From assembly GCA_020634885.1 (NCBI GenBank), contig JACKAW010000011.1, positions 844 through 64,843 of the forward strand: 64,000 nt of DNA, given 5' to 3'. Source of the stretch: Anaerolineales bacterium (lineage in GTDB: Bacteria; Chloroflexota; Anaerolineae; Anaerolineales; Villigracilaceae). The notes under the pieces are model-generated. The model had not been told where the DNA came from. It saw nothing but the letters and a program-made list of their open reading frames with translations, and made no database searches. The translations under genes and the position numbers were made by a program. Below are positions 61,965-64,000 of this stretch, piece after piece (position 1 is the stretch's first letter; the number at the start of each line of letters is the position of its first letter).

Positions 61965-62867
61965 ATGCAAATCGATATTATCGGCGTACCCATTGATCTT
62001 GGCGCAGACCGGCGCGGGGTGGATATGGGACCCAGTGCCATTCGGTACGCGCATTTACAAAAGAAAATTGAAGACCTCGGACACACGGTTCATGATGAAG
62101 GTAATGTTGAAGTGCCCATTGCCGAAATGTGCAAGATCACCAACCCAAAATTAAAATACATTGATTGCATCGTGCCCATGTCGCGGCGCGTTTCGGGGGC
62201 GGTATCCACTTCGATACAGGCGGGTAATTTTCCTCTGGTGATCGGGGGCGATCATTCGCTTTCGATTGGCTCGGTTCGCGGCGCGGCACGCAACCGCAAG
62301 GTTGGTGTGATATGGGTGGATGCCCATGCCGATTTCAACACTGCCGAAACCACGCCATCGGGCAATATTCATGGCATGTCTTTGGCGGCTCTGTGCGGGC
62401 TGGGCGATAAAAGCCTTGTTCAGTTATGGGATGAGTCCACCCCCGTTATCGATCCAAAGAAAGTTGCCATCATCGGCGCGCGCGACCTTGATGAAGGGGA
62501 GAAAAGAAATTTGCGTGAAGCGGGCGCCATGGTGATGGGCATGGAACAAATTGACCGATACGGCATGGTGGCGTGTCTTGAAAAAGCCATTGCGCGTGTC
62601 AGCAGCGATGTGGATGGAATCTACCTTTCACTTGATCTTGATTCGCTCGACCCCGAACACGCGCCGGGTGTGGGAACACCCGTGCCTGCCGGGCTGACCC
62701 AGCGTGAAGCGCACCTTGCCTGCGAAATGATCGGTGAAACCGGCAAACTTATTGGCATGGATGTTGTTGAGGTTAACCCCATTCTTGATGTACAAAACCG
62801 CACTGCTCTGCTCGCCGTCGATTTTGCGCTCTCGGCGCTGGGTCGTCGCATTTGGAAAGGAATCTAA
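61965..62867 (+). CDS. rocF: Arginase
   Basis: IIGVPIDLGADRRGVDMGPSAIRYA, GGDHSLSIG, WVDAHADFNT, GNIHGM and SLDLDSLDP Mn-binding motifs closely parallel Bacillus-type RocF. Confidence 0.85.
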   Translation: MQIDIIGVPIDLGADRRGVDMGPSAIRYAHLQKKIEDLGHTVHDEGNVEVPIAEMCKITNPKLKYIDCIVPMSRRVSGAVSTSIQAGNFPLVIGGDHSLSIGSVRGAARNRKVGVIWVDAHADFNTAETTPSGNIHGMSLAALCGLGDKSLVQLWDESTPVIDPKKVAIIGARDLDEGEKRNLREAGAMVMGMEQIDRYGMVACLEKAIARVSSDVDGIYLSLDLDSLDPEHAPGVGTPVPAGLTQREAHLACEMIGETGKLIGMDVVEVNPILDVQNRTALLAVDFALSALGRRIWKGI

Positions 62868-63637
62868 TGAAGCCTGATATTTCTGATCTTGAACGCCTTG
62901 CCCGTGGAGCGGGCGCCATTCTTAAAGAGGGATACAACAAAGAGCACACGGTTCATTACAAAGGAGAAATTGATCTTGTTACTGAAAGCGATCATGCCTC
63001 TGAAGCCTTTCTACTTGGCGAGATAAAATCCGCATTCCCGGGCGGGCATATCCTCGCCGAAGAAAGCGGAAGTATTCAAGGCAGCAATGAAGATATTTGG
63101 TACATCGACCCGCTCGATGGCACGGTCAATTACGCGCACCATGTTCCCATTTTTTGCGTCTCTATTGCGCTGGCTGTGAAGGGTGTTCTGACACTTGGTG
63201 CAATCTACGACCCCATGCGTGACGAAATGTTCACCGCCGAAAAAGGTAAAGGCGCATTCCTTAATGGAAAAAAACTGCAAGTATCCAACACGAACGAGCT
63301 GGGAAAGAGCCTGCTTGTTACGGGGTTCCCCTACGATACATGGAATACAGAGCTGGATAATTTTAAATATTTTGAACGCCTCGCCAAACGGACGCAGGGT
63401 GTGCGCCGCCTTGGGTCTGCTGCGTTAGATGCCTGTTACGTTGGCGCTGGTCGTTTTGATGGGTTCTGGGAATACAAGCTCAAGCCGTGGGATGTGGCGG
63501 CAGGCGGTTTAATTGCCGCTGAAGCGGGAGCAAAGGTCACCTCCATAGACGGCAGAGATGATTTCCTGGCTGCGCCCATGTCCATTTTGGCGGCAACGCC
63601 AGGGATCTATGATGCGGTAAAAGAACAGTTGGGGTAA
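62867..63637 (+). CDS. Inositol monophosphatase family protein
   Basis: EESG, WYIDPLDGTVNY and WDVAAG motifs. TAATG stop/start overlap with the arginase gene. Confidence 0.85.
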   Translation: MKPDISDLERLARGAGAILKEGYNKEHTVHYKGEIDLVTESDHASEAFLLGEIKSAFPGGHILAEESGSIQGSNEDIWYIDPLDGTVNYAHHVPIFCVSIALAVKGVLTLGAIYDPMRDEMFTAEKGKGAFLNGKKLQVSNTNELGKSLLVTGFPYDTWNTELDNFKYFERLAKRTQGVRRLGSAALDACYVGAGRFDGFWEYKLKPWDVAAGGLIAAEAGAKVTSIDGRDDFLAAPMSILAATPGIYDAVKEQLG

Positions 63638-63653
63638 TAATTTGTTATAAAAA

Positions 63654-63706
63654 ATAGCCCCTCCGATTCGTTTGCTTTCATCAGGCAAACTTGTCGGAGG
63701 GGCTAT
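63654..63706. terminator. Long bidirectional stem-loop terminator
   Basis: atagcccctccga ... tcggaggggctat with an inner gtttgc/gcaaac stem, flanked by A5 and T-rich runs. Confidence 0.75.
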
Positions 63707-63735
63707 TTATTTTTAATCGTTTCAAACGCGGATAT

Positions 63736-64000
63736 TTAATGCCCTTCGTGCCCAGACCGAAACGGCAGGTAGCGGGTAGCGAGACTAAAAGCAAGCAGCC
63801 AGTAGCAAATCACCAACGTTCCAACAGAGAATTCAACCCAGGTTGGCGTGTAGGAGTTCAAAACAATACTGGGGGTGAAAGGGTCGTAGGAGATGGAGGC
63901 GATCAGACCGGCGAAGTTGTAATTCCAACGTGTGATGATGGCGGCAATGATCGGAATGACTGCGGCTGCCATCAAGTAGCGGAAATTCTTAATACTTTTG
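63736..64000 (-). CDS. Integral membrane protein, C-terminal part (gene continues beyond the window)
   Basis: The frame is open to the window edge. It has hydrophobic helices and ends ...RYLPFRSGHEGH*. A possible NrfD/PsrC-like identity cannot be supported from this fragment. Confidence 0.45.
   Translation of the reverse strand, partial: KSIKNFRYLMAAAVIPIIAAIITRWNYNFAGLIASISYDPFTPSIVLNSYTPTWVEFSVGTLVICYWLLAFSLATRYLPFRSGHEGH

Noticed and set aside
61965-62867. Formimidoylglutamase (HutG) assignment for the arginase-fold gene, because hutI lies nearby.
   Set aside because: The sequence follows Bacillus-type arginase almost motif for motif (DLG..RRGVDMGPSAIRYA, GGDHSLSIG, DAHADFNT, GNIHGM, SLDLDSLDP). 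It is separated from hutI by a diguanylate cyclase gene. No hutH or hutU is present, so a hut operon is not supported.

Overview
This is a gene-dense 64-kb chromosomal segment with about 60 protein genes on both strands, short spacers and many stem-loop terminators. I found no rRNA, tRNA or CRISPR array. The gene content (mevalonate kinase, a sortase-type surface protein, a Tat-signal DUF1800/DUF1501 pair, many lipobox lipoproteins, REP-like hairpins) suggests an environmental monoderm-type bacterium, plausibly Chloroflexota/Anaerolineae-like. That assignment is inference only. Housekeeping genes (coaBC, rsmG, ssb, folB/folE, yebC-ruvC, ruvA, sbcD, tlyA, mvk, hutI, arginase) are interspersed with accessory material.

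Main observations:
1. An 8.9-kb gene encodes a 2,967-aa secreted DUF11/SdrD-B repeat protein. Its last 172 aa are a sortase domain directly preceded by an LPXTG-like PATG motif. It lies in a same-strand block with an ECF sigma/anti-sigma pair, two paralogous 4-TM proteins and DUF1800/DUF1501. The block is bracketed by diverged direct copies of the CAP-gene 3' end and SGNH-gene 5' end junction.
2. A well-formed yybP-ykoY (Mn2+) riboswitch, with promoter and terminator-type expression platform, sits in front of a P2-type cation ATPase.
3. A 51-codon Flp-type pilin gene falls below the ORF-track cutoff.
4. In a histidine kinase/REC-GAF pair, both receiver domains lack the phospho-acceptor Asp.
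5. A 733-aa Zn-ribbon protein resembles COG1743 DNA methylases but has degenerate SAM and catalytic motifs, and is translationally coupled to a GT2 glycosyltransferase.
6. An ApbE/ferric-reductase-TM/PepSY cluster looks like an extracytoplasmic flavinylation module.
7. A 693-aa ORF has no motif I can recognise.
8. Phase-locked heptanucleotide tandem arrays and a family of GTAGG-flanked hairpins occupy several intergenic spacers.
9. There is one small IS5-family element with a frame break at an A7 run.

All homology statements are motif recognition by eye. No searches were run.
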